Source: Octopus sinensis (Eukaryota). Taken from it: 46,321 nucleotides of DNA. Under the pieces are notes generated by a model. That model saw only the letters and a program-made list of their open reading frames with translations, did no database searches and was not told where the DNA came from. Shown piece after piece: positions 1 through 11,395 of the stretch; positions within the stretch are counted from its first letter, which is position 1; each line of letters begins with the position of its first letter. Position numbers and translations under genes: made by a program. The stretch is from NCBI RefSeq assembly GCF_006345805.1, contig NW_021834607.1, positions 1 to 46,321 of the forward strand. Direction: 5' to 3'.

Positions 1-1683
1 TTAGCAAAAACACAACAAACAATAGAATAACAAAAAGTATACAAAAAGCTATCCTCATATTATAAAATATATATAAAAACATAAAAACGTTTGGAACTAC
101 ATATTGTCTCCCGAAAATACTATTTTGACACAGATATAATACACACATATAAATAATATATACATACATAAATACATACATAGGTGACTACACACACACA
201 TACACACAAACATATATATGTGTGTATATGTATATATATATATATGTATATATGTATATATATGTATATATATATATGTGTATATATATATATGCATGTA
301 TATATGCATACATATGTCAATATATTAATATACATACATACATACATACATACATACACACATATATATATATATATATATCTATATATATATATATATC
401 TATATATATTATGATACACCCACATATTAATGTCCAAGTGAATAATTTACTAAGGTGAATACAACACACCTGTGTTTTGAGGACAGAGAGGCGTCTTGAC
501 AATCTTCATATCGCTCTGATATTCACAAGGTAATTCAGGTGAAATGTCTTCTCAGTTTTGGTCTCCTAATACTTGTCAATGCCATTACGGACTTTCCATC
601 CGTGATCACTCACACGAATATTCGCTCCCGTTGCGGATCTGCATGGTTTGGAGCATAAGTGAAAAAAACGAATGTTGTAACTTACTGTGCGCTTTCCGAC
701 TAGTTAGGCCTGCAGTACATGGAACAACGAATGAGGTAATCTTGAAGAGAGGTCTTTGCATCATTGGATTACAGTAATAGACTCTTGTACAATACGAGTA
801 CAAGTCTCTGAGTCTACGAGACTATACCTACGGTTTCACATGATTGCTGGTCATTTTCGTTTCGGCCTGGTACTGGGTATTTATTACGAAGACTTCGAGT
901 GGTACTCGTGCCATACAAGTATTTATCACAAATATACTTCCATATATACACACTCACACTCACGTGTTTCTGTGTATGTAAAATCAAGCAAATCGAAACT
1001 GCGAAGTCACTGTCAACATTTTCCTTACATTAAGTTAGTAAATACTTATTCTGCTGAATATATATTCTACTAAAAATTTATCATTAAACTGAAGAATTAT
1101 TCTATATGTTTTAGTAGAGTACGTATTAACTTTGACAAGGAACCTTTTAAGTGACTTCGAAGTCTTGACCTGCTTGCCTTTGATAGTATATATATATATA
1201 TTTGGATGTATGTTTATGAGTATACATACACATATATACATATATATATATGCATATATATATATATATACATACATATATATATATATATATATTTATT
1301 TATATGCATACACACATATAATACACATATATACATATATACATACACATTTATACATACATGCTTACATAAATACACATATGCATACATACATACATAC
1401 ATACATTCATGCCCCTGCACATATACGTAATTATACGTATATACAGCGTGGGTGTATATTCTTTGTGCGCCCTTCTCCCCTCTCTCTCTCTCTCTCTTTC
1501 TGCGTTCATTTGTGTGTAATCGTTTGTGTGCGCGCGTGTGTACATGTTCGTGTGTGTGTGTATGCGTGTATGTATGTATGTGTATTTGTATGTTGGTGTA
1601 CGGGATCGCTAGTATCGCTCCCTGTCTACAAAGATTGCTTTAATACAACATGTGTATGTCAATACGTGTGTACTTGCGCGCTT

Positions 1684-2090
1684 GTGTATGCATGCATGTA
1701 TACGCGTATACGTGTATACGTGTATGCGTGTATACGTGTATACGTGTATACGTGTATGCGTGTATACGTGTATGCGTGTATACGTGTATACGTGTATACG
1801 TGTATACGTGTATACGTGTATGCGTGTATACGTGTATGCGTGTATACGTGTATGCGTGTATACGTGTATACGTGTATACGTGTATACGTGTATACGTGTA
1901 TGCGTGTATACGTGTATGCGTGTATACGTGTATACGTGTATGCGTGTATGCGTGTATACGTGTATACGTGTATACGTGTATACGTGTATACGTGTATACG
2001 TGTATGCGTGTATACGTATATACGTGTATACGTGTATGCGTGTATACGTGTATACGTGTATACGCGTATACGTGTAAGCGTGTATGCGTG
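1684..2090. repeat. 8-bp tandem repeat (GTATACGT / GTATGCGT variants), alternating purine-pyrimidine
   Basis: Roughly 50 consecutive 8-mers with two interspersed unit types, read directly from the sequence. Confidence 0.95.
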
Positions 2091-2535
2091 CACAACTTCA
2101 GAAAATAAAATACAAGTTCCATTTACAATCAAATTTATAATTCATTTTAACGCCTTTAAGACGGTGTATATATTGTCAACTTAATGTAAACTGATCCAGT
2201 AATAATGGCTTCGGGTGGAACTCACTGGCAGCTATAATACATTGCTTTCTGTATCATTATATTATGGACGACATAATCACTTGGTTGTTATTTGAGAAAT
2301 AGATTAATGTTGGAAGCAGTAAATAAACCTTGATATATTCCTGGTGATATTACACTGACAAATAGGAAAGCTAGCGTTTTAGCTTATTGTTTGCTTGTAG
2401 CTTTTTTTTTCTTTTTCATTGTTTTTGTTGTGATTGTTGTTGTTATTGTTGATGTCGGTGTTGTTGATATTCAGAATGACAATATAAAGTGGCAAGAAAT
2501 ATGCATACCTGTGTGTGTGTGTGTGTTTGTGTGGT

Positions 2536-2573
<38 letters not shown>

Positions 2574-3069
2574 CATATATATATATATATCATATATGTG
2601 TATATATATATATTATATATATTTATATATATATATATAATATACATGTGCATATATATATATACATGCATACGTATATATACATATATGTGTGTGTGTA
2701 ATGTGTATATGTTTGTATGATGCATGTGTGTGCGTGCGTACGTGTGTGTGTGTGTGTATGCGGTATGGATATCTTAATGGTAGATTCATAACACTTGATC
2801 TGATACTTTGACACAAAATACAACAAAACAAAACAAAACATGTAAATAAAATAATTGAAAGACAGAGAAACCCATGCCTCTTCCCCTCCCCCAACACTTA
2901 AAAACCAACAAACCCCAACGGACTTTTGATCAAGTGGCAAAATAATCCTCGAAGAAAACTGAGTTTGCGAAACATGGTAATCTAGGGGTGTAGGTGAAGA
3001 GCCAACCGGAAGGACAGCTAAATCTCCCTCTAATTCCCATCCTATCTTAAAACTAGGCAACTTGGTGAC

Positions 3070-3218
3070 ATCTTTTATCCCTCTCTTACTTGTTTCAGTC
3101 ACTAAACTGCAGCCTTGCTGGAGCACCATCTTGAAGGGTTTGACCAAAGAAAATCGATCACAGTAATTTTGTTGTTAAAGACTGATCCCTATTTTATCGG
3201 TCTCTTTTGACGAGCTGC
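3070..3218 (-). mobile_element. SINE family B, 3' tail fragment
   Basis: Diverged match to 14095-14230 and 17710-17840 (ttacttgtttcagtca...gctggagcacc...tatcggtctcttttg). Confidence 0.7.
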
Positions 3219-3842
3219 AATGAATGCTGGCCTTTAGTGGCATGAAAGCACTTTTTTCTGGAAAACACTGGAAACGCTTTTTCTTTTCTTTCATTGAAGA
3301 TTCTTTCTCGTCTTCACATTTGATTCAATGGGAAAAAGATATCTTCCCGTGATGTAAGATAAACTCTCATAACAGGTAATATTTATCTCCACTTAAAGGG
3401 GATTTTCTGTTAGAACTAAGCATACTGGGGCAGTTGCTATGAAAGAAACTCTCATATAGGCTATTGGTGCAGAATGCATTCTTGTTTATATTACTAGCGG
3501 AGAGAGATAAATCCTCGCCACCTATAGCACCGAGACTACCAGTTCGCTTGATTTCGACCTTTCTTGGTCTTGTCAATGTTGGATGCTCAACGATATATAG
3601 AATAACAGTGACTGAACAGAAGCTGTTGTCGCGATCAGTTTGTGAGTTTGTTTAAAAGTATTCATTAATGATAGGGGCCGTGGGGATAAGTATTAATACT
3701 GCCTCTCCTGCTAATAAATATTTTATTTAACAAACCCCTTTAAGTTTAAATAGACTGCGTGAAGTTTGCATGAATAGAGTAATAGTTCACATTTTTAGAG
3801 AGTTCGAAGTAATTTCGATTTCCTAGGCATGTCGTATTTCAT

Positions 3843-4185
3843 GAGGCGCATGGTTCAGTGGTTACAGCGTCGAGATTGCAATCATGAGGTCGTGAGTTCG
3901 ATTCCCGGACTGCACTGTGTTGCGTTCTTGAGCAAGATACTTTATTTCACATTGCTTCGGTTCACTCAGCTGTAGAAATGAGTTGGGACGTCACTGGTTT
4001 CAAGCTGTATCGGCCCCTTTGCCTTTCCCTAGGATAAAATCAGTGATGCAGAGAGGGGAAGCTGTTAAGTATCGATAACTGCTAGTCTTCCATAAACAAC
4101 CTTGCTCGGATTTGTGTTCTTGTGGTTAACTTTGTAGTTGCAATCCCCCGTCATTCATGACCGAAGGGGGTCTTTTACCCTTTAA
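3843..4185 (+). mobile_element. tRNA-headed SINE (family C-related head, different body)
   Basis: A-box-like TGGTTCAGTGG and B-box-like GAGTTCGATTCCC; central ttcttgagcaa...tttatttcac...cactcagctg...aaatgagt shared with 42597-42800. Confidence 0.75.
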
Positions 4186-4330
4186 CATTTATATTTCATG
4201 AGACCAACCAAAAGTTTTAGGTGTAAAATTTTCACTGGAATTCCGGTTACACAAAAGAAAATAACTTTCAGTCTCTCAGAGTGCAACACGTTTCCAACTT
4301 TACATATCTTACCATTTTGGAATCAGGCTG

Positions 4331-4603
4331 ACTCCATGAGTAAATTAAAAACTTTCCGGGTCGAATCCGGACTCAAAATCCTGAAATTTTGGATTCCCAA
4401 GTTTTTATTACTCTGATTGTTTTCTGCGATTTTTACGTGAGTTTTTGGCACAAATTGTTTTGTGCGATAACATTTTTTCTAATCTAAAGTCTAACTCCGT
4501 GAGTTAATCAAAAACATTCCAGGCTGAATCCGGACCTGCGATCCGGAAATTTTGAATTTCTATGTTTTCGTTACTGAGATTGCTTTCAGCGACTTTTTTA
4601 CAT
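4331..4603. repeat. Diverged tandem duplication, period ~163 bp
   Basis: actcc(a/g)tgagt...aaaaac(t/a)ttcc...gaatccggac...gaaattttg...ttact...gattg occurs at 4331-4439 and again at 4494-4603. Confidence 0.7.
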
Positions 4604-4989
4604 GATTTTTAAAATTTTTACGACGAATATGATCATCGTTGGAATATGATTCTGGACGAAGCAATTGCAACAAATTTTCCAAGACAAGTCAGAGATCAGT
4701 TTGCAGATCTTCCCATTCAGGGTCAGTTTCTTAAAATCTATATACTTGCCTAAAAGTCGCCCACACAGGGTAGACCAAAAGTAGCACACAAAATAAGTTC
4801 GATAATGTCAGGAATTGTCAAAGGTATGCTTAAATTTTTCTGAAATTGAACAAAAGGAATAAAATAATGATGAATTTACACGTACTTGTATATAATGAGC
4901 AAAATGAATAACAATAACAATAATAAGAATAATATAATATGAAACAAATGACAAATGTTTTGGTCCGTGATAAACATATTGGCGCGTGG

Positions 4990-5083
4990 TATATATACAG
5001 GTGTGGGCATGGCTGTGTTGTAAGTTATTTACTTCCCAGCCACATGGTTCCATGTTCAGTTCCACCGAGTGGCACCTTGGAAC
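4990..5083 (+). mobile_element. SINE family B, 5' head fragment
   Basis: ggctgtgttgtaag...ccacatggttccatgttcagttccaccgagtggcaccttgg matches the reverse complement of 14420-14495. Confidence 0.7.
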
Positions 5084-5385
5084 ACAGAGAGATAAAGAGA
5101 GTGGAAGAGAGACGAAAATTCTTCCCAACATGCCTAACAACGGCCAATGAGAGCCTCAGATGCATTCCAGGCTTTGCACATACTCGCAAGTGGTTCACAT
5201 GCTCAGACGAGAGTTCGTCATGGTTGTTGTAGGAGAAAATGAATGAAACATTTGCTGATGTTGCAGATAGATGCCCCATATAGGAAATTGAGACAGGATT
5301 TTATGAAAATAGCCATCTATGTATCATATTTAATCTATACACAGCGTCGGCAGGGCATTTATTGCTGTAAGTGTCCCGAGATAAC

Positions 5386-5418
<33 letters not shown>

Positions 5419-5665
5419 GCAATTAAGGACAACTTCTTAATAAGGAAAACTTAACAAGAAATTATCGGGTAGATAGCGTGAAAAACCTCATAAAAGAAAA
5501 AATTTCGAAAATAATTCTTTCTTATTGAACATATTAATTTATATATAGAGGGCATTATTATACATACATGCCACACGCTAAGAGGGACAAAATTAGTCAT
5601 TTCTACCAAAAATTTTACTAATCCCACCGAATGCAATTTTTCAAAGTAAGACATTTAAAAATATG

Positions 5666-5712
5666 GACTTGTATCACCTGTGATTTCATACCTCTGTATT
5701 CATCAGCAAGTC
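5666..5712 (-). ncRNA. Type I hammerhead ribozyme, complete canonical core
   Basis: Minus strand reads GACTTG-CTGATGA-ATAC-AGAG-GTAT-GAAA-TCAC-AG-GTGA-TA-CAAGTC. Stem I GACTTG/CAAGTC (6 bp), stem II ATAC/GTAT, stem III A-TCAC/GTGA-T, cores CUGAUGA and GAAA, AUA cleavage triplet. Predicted cut between 5672 and 5671. Confidence 0.85.
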
Positions 5713-5713
5713 T

Positions 5714-5807
5714 GGATGTATCATAAATAAACGAACCCACCTCGTCCAAGCCGAGCAGAAAGACGACTTCAACGAAGCACATGGGTTGGTTTACATATAT
5801 TACATCC
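5714..5807 (-). other. 94-nt imperfect rod-like hairpin immediately 5' of the hammerhead
   Basis: Nested helices GGATGTA/TACATCC, AAAC/GTTT, AACCCA/TGGGTT, CTTCGT/ACGAGG and AAGTCG/CGGCTT around a 10-nt loop. Confidence 0.7.
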
Positions 5808-6439
5808 GGTAAATGGCAGACTTTTACGAAGTGTGTGTGTGTGTGTGTGCCTATCCATATACTTCTCTCTCTCTCTCTCGCTATACACACACATATACAT
5901 ACACACCCACACAAATATATATATACACACACGCATAAACACAAACACAAAAATATGTACAAGTTTGAATGGTTGAATAAAATAGATGAGGGCGACATCT
6001 ACTGGGAAAAGGAATTAAATCTGTAACAACAACAACAACAACAATAACAGCAACAATAACCAACAATAACAAACAATAACAAAAATACAAACAATTTCTG
6101 CCGCCCTATGTCCATCGTCATCAACATCTTCTCTTCTCCCCCCGTAGCTCTACTTTCCTCCTTCCCGCTGTTCCACCCCTTCTCCACCCGACGCTAGTGC
6201 AAACACTTCATTTCACCCATTAACATATTAGCTTGTTAACCGTAGTGTTAATTACCGTCTTTATATCCCCCACACCCCTACCCCAGCAGCTCCTTACCAA
6301 TTCTCGTACTTCCTACCTCTCACTTTTACCCACACAATCTCCCTCAATATTGCTCAATCACTCCCTCTCTCTTTCCCTCTCTCTCTATTTCTCTCTCATT
6401 CTCTTTCTCTCTCGCTCTCCCCTTCGTCTTATCTCTTTC

Positions 6440-6530
6440 TCTCTCGACGCTCCTCGTGTTTCGCTTTCCGTATACTGCGCTCTTGAACATCGATCGAATC
6501 GTTGGCGATCCGCGCGGCCGACCACTCGAC
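6440..6530. promoter_or_regulatory. CpG-dense promoter-like patch
   Basis: Unusual CpG cluster (catcgatcgaatcgttggcgatccgcgcggccgaccactcgac) in an otherwise AT-rich window; function is inferred only. Confidence 0.3.
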
Positions 6531-6814
6531 AATCTCTCTCTCTCTACACACACACACACACAGACACACAGACACACGCGCGCGCGCGTATCAATACTTC
6601 TGTAACTACTGTTATTATTTCTATACCTCCATCTCGCCACCGCCGCCACCCCTCCCACATAATATTTTTTTGTCTTTTCTCCCCATTTCTTACCCCCCCA
6701 CTCCAAACACTTCACCGCTCCCCGATTTGGTTGAAGAACCCTCTTCACAACGTGATGAATAATCATTTAGATGAAATCATTTGACTATGTGTCCGCTTGG
6801 TGCGTGAATATGTA

Positions 6815-6850
<36 letters not shown>

Positions 6851-7071
6851 TGTACATATGTACTTACATACATATACCTCTACATATATATATAAATATA
6901 TATATATGTATATATATATATGTATATATATGTATATGTATATATATATATGTATGTATATATATATATATATATATATAAATATATATACATATATACA
7001 CATTGCGTATATATTTATATATGCATATACATATATGTGTACATGTACCTATCTACATCTCTCTCTCGTTG

Positions 7072-7102
<31 letters not shown>

Positions 7103-7281
7103 GTGTGTGTGTGTGTGTGTGTCTAGGGAGAGCGAGAGACAGAGAGAGAGAGAGGGGGGAGATCTTGCATATATATACATTTACATATGTATTCATGCGT
7201 GTGCTTATATGCATATATATCCATACACGCCAATAGACAAATATATAAGATAAACAGGCACACAGATAGTCAAACAGTTAT

Positions 7282-7282
<1 letters not shown>

Positions 7283-7340
<58 letters not shown>

Positions 7341-7341
7341 T

Positions 7342-7407
<66 letters not shown>

Positions 7408-7490
7408 GGATAGATAGATAGATGGATAGATAGATAGATAGATAGATAGATGATAGATAGATAGATAGATAGATGGATAGATGATAGATG

Positions 7491-7525
<35 letters not shown>

Positions 7526-7548
7526 GATAGATAGATGGATAGATTGAG

Positions 7549-7592
<44 letters not shown>

Positions 7593-7609
7593 GGATAGAT
7601 AGATAGATG

Positions 7610-7648
<39 letters not shown>

Positions 7649-7656
7649 GGATAGAT
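7283..7656. repeat. (GATA)n microsatellite, 3' flank of the Tx1-like LINE
   Basis: Direct reading. Confidence 0.97.
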
Positions 7657-8758
7657 ATGTTTCTTTATTAGCCACACAGGGCTGCACACAGATAGAACAA
7701 ATTACAAGGTAGAGCTTTTCTTTTGAAGGTATTAAAAAAAAAAAAAAAAAAAAGGAAGGGGGAGGTTCGATCAAAAGGGATCGTAAAAGGAGGGAAAGAG
7801 GACAAAAAAAAGGGGGGTTAAAAAAAAATAAAAAAAAAAAAAAAAAAGGGGGGAGAGGAAAAAAAAATGATCAATAGGGATCGTTATCACAGAAATGTCA
7901 ATATGAAGTGTAAAGGGGAGGACAGGTGAGGTTTACCCGTGGAAAGAAAAGCCTGCGGAAAAGACCACGGTCAATGAAGTCACATTTTATATTTCTTTTT
8001 TTTTTTTTTTTTTTTGCAAATAAGCAACTCTCTGTTTCGATTTCGGGTTCATAGGACTATGCTCAAGGTGGCTTCGTCATTCATACGTGCCATTCTTGCT
8101 ACATTCACCATCTTTTTTTAAAACATTCGCTAGACAAAACTTGCCTCTCTACTCTCACTTTCCTTTTCAAGTGGTACTTGAAGAAGTTGATGAGAGATTG
8201 ACCAGAGAGGAAAGTGTTTGTCTCCAATCCTTTCAGACGCGTCCACCAGATACATTCTTTCGCCATAGCCACAAGGATGATGAAAATAGCTCTTCCTTCC
8301 CGTTGAAGGAAGGAGGGCGTAACAATATTGACGATAGACTCAGCTGATAACCGACTCGTCCCACACGTGACAGCAGTTGTTCGACATAAGCCCACAGGTC
8401 GGAAATTGTGGACACTGAACGAGTGCGTGCAGAACGGTTTCGTCGCTCGACCGCATCTCGGGCAGGTCGGCCCCGTGTTTCTCGAGCCGTGTTGTAGAGC
8501 TTATCCCGAACGGGTAGCGCTTCTCGGTAGCACTGCCAGGCCAGGGATCTCGAAGTTGTCCAATGGGCCCTGGCCCGAAAGTCGTCCCGAACAGGCGGGT
8601 CAGGTACTCCTCGTCGACGTCCAGGTTCGCCCCGAGCTCGTCGTCGTACCTCCCCTCCACTAAACCCCTATAGAATGCTTTGGTTGTGTTGAAGTCACTT
8701 AAGGTCGACCCAGACGGCAGAGTTGCTTGAGAGCAACGCGACACTCGCGGTTCATTCA
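7657..8758 (-). mobile_element. 5'-truncated L1/Tx1-clade non-LTR retrotransposon (ORF2 C-terminus plus 3' UTR), frameshifted
   Basis: Joining minus frames gives ...SLAWQCYREALPVRDKL...TCPRCG..ETVLHALVQCP.ISDLWAYVEQLL...AKECIWWTR..., a zf-RVT C-x2-C-x8-H-x4-C knuckle. AATAAA on the minus strand at 7664-7669 lies just before the (TCTA)n array. Confidence 0.85.
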
Positions 8759-8762
8759 GATG

Positions 8763-8830
<68 letters not shown>
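8759..8830. repeat. (GATA)n microsatellite, 5' flank of the Tx1-like LINE
   Basis: Direct reading. Confidence 0.97.
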
Positions 8831-8831
<1 letters not shown>

Positions 8832-9343
8832 GGGGAGAGGGAGAGGGAGATATATACTGAGAGAAAGGTAAATAAGATAGACAGATAAAGAGAGACAGGT
8901 GGAGAGAGAGGGAGAGAGAGGTGGGGAGAGCGAGGAGAGAAAACTGATTGTGAGGAAGGAAAACCTAACTGCCCTGTCGTTTCGAAACGGTCAGCTGAGT
9001 TGTTACGTCATATATCAACAGAGGAGGATGTTTAATGGTGTTGTTGTTATTGTTCATGATAGTGATGATGGTGGGGATGATGATGATGATGATGATGATC
9101 ATCATCATCATGATATTGATGTGACATTAACAAGAACAATTATAGATGAGTAAATTGGTTACCTTGACAACATTCATTAGACTATATATATATATATATA
9201 CACACAAATATATATATACATACACACACACACACACATATTATATATATATATATACATATATATACATACATATATATATACATACATACATATGTAG
9301 TTGTATGTATATACATATATATATTCATGTATGTATATAATAG

Positions 9344-9401
<58 letters not shown>

Positions 9402-9920
9402 CGTGTGTGTGTGTGTGTATACACAAACATGTATAGTCATATGTTCACACACTTTCATGTCTACATATATTTACACATAGATATGTATGTATGTATGTTG
9501 TATGTATGTATGTATATGCATGCATGTTTGGGCGTACGACTTCTGAGTGAATACACAGTAAAGAAAAAAATGCTCAGAAACCAAAAAAGGGGGCATTTAA
9601 GACAATTTCTTATAATTTTTCACAATAATTTACAATAGGAAAAACTCAAAACAAATTATATAGAAAAAAATAAAATTAAAATATATTCAGATAATATAGA
9701 AAAATATCATGTGTGTGTGTGTGTGTATGAAAAACAACAGGAATACTATTAAAAAAAGCTGCAAAAAGAAACAAAAATAACAATAAAGTAAGTAAAATAC
9801 AAAACAAATGAACTGAGAAGTGTGCACCGCCGTTGCCAGCTGTGAGAAGTAACGCGAAGGGGCGGCAACTGCGACTACACTTGTTATTAAGTTCTGTTGG
9901 TGTCCTGCAGTGTGATTATC

Positions 9921-9924
<4 letters not shown>

Positions 9925-9990
<66 letters not shown>

Positions 9991-10010
9991 GGAGAGCGAG
10001 AGGGGGAGAG
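9925..10010. repeat. (GA)n microsatellite
   Basis: Direct reading. Confidence 0.95.
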
Positions 10011-10244
10011 GCCAGAGCACTGGGTTGGTTAGTTTTTATAAATTTGTTTTGTGTATTTTATTTTTAGGTTTTGTTTGTGAAAGATGGGGTTGTTGCTACG
10101 TCACTTGTTTTTGTTGCTGTTGTTGTTGTTGTTGTTGTTGTTGTAGTGGTGGTGGTGGTGGTGGTGTTGGTGGTGGTAGTCGTTGTTGTTGGTGGTGGTG
10201 ATGATGTTGCTTTTGGATTTAGTCTCTATTTTAAATCAACATTA

Positions 10245-10248
10245 TGTC

Positions 10249-10297
<49 letters not shown>

Positions 10298-10430
10298 TAT
10301 AATAATAAAAATAAAAATAATGATAATAATAATAATAATAATAATGATAATAATGATAATAATGATAATAATAATAATGATAATAATAATAATAATGATG
10401 ATAATAATAATAATAATAATAATAATAATT

Positions 10431-10476
<46 letters not shown>

Positions 10477-10492
10477 GTAATAAGAATGTTAA

Positions 10493-10551
<59 letters not shown>

Positions 10552-10600
10552 TAACAGCAACAATAATAATAATTATGATAATTATAAAAATAATAATAAA
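10245..10600. repeat. (AAT)n microsatellite with GAT variants
   Basis: Direct reading. Confidence 0.95.
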
Positions 10601-11103
10601 AGAAGACACAAAACGAAAAGAAAGAGGTTGGTTGTTTTAAAGAAACGCCTATTTAAGTTTATACAGACATAGACACCCAAAATCACACAAAATCACACAG
10701 TCTTCACGCGACAGACACATATGCACACAAATGCACACCTACTGACATGCTTACATGAATACATATAGACACAGACCTATAATCTTTTAACGCGCACAAA
10801 CGGACAAAGATACACTAGTTTACACATATACTTACATCTCTCCCACCATTAACATATCTACACACACACACACACACATACACATATACACACGCGTGCA
10901 GGCATTCACGTATACAGCAAAACATACACACACACATTCGGTTACATAGTTATCGACATAAATAGACGTAAGGAGTTCCACTTATACACAAAAATAAATA
11001 TTAACCCACAATCACAAATAAGCACGTAGACTTCAAATTACATACACACACGAAACAAAAAACACTTGTGCATTTGAGATTTTATATATATATATATATA
11101 TAT

Positions 11104-11262
11104 GTAGATTGTCTCCTTGTTTTTTTCTGTGTCCCTTTCTGTAGAAGAGCGTAGGCTCGAAACGTAAAAGACTTTTTCTATTCCTGAGCGTCATATTAAT
11201 ACATGTGTTTGTTTTGTACACCACCCGTCTTCGTCTTTTGTATTTTTCGTAAACTCTCCCAT
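11104..11262 (+). mobile_element. (TA)n-flanked mini-element (family X) carrying a minimal hammerhead-like motif at 11131-11172
   Basis: Homologous to 20762-20958 and 25893-26037. Motif: GTCCCTTT-CTGTAGAA-GAGC-GTAG-GCTC-GAAAC-GTA-AAAGAC. Confidence 0.75.
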
Positions 11263-11297
<35 letters not shown>

Positions 11298-11395
11298 TAT
11301 ATATATATTATATATATAATATATCTATATATGTAGTATGTATGTATGTATGTATGCATGTATGTAGTATGTATGTATTGTATATAGAGTATATA

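Noticed and set aside
2930-2990. TCGAAGA-AAAC-TGA-GTTT-GC-GAAACATGGTA, hammerhead-like spacing
   Set aside because: The core is altered, stem II is off register and stem I is unconvincing. At best a heavily decayed relic.
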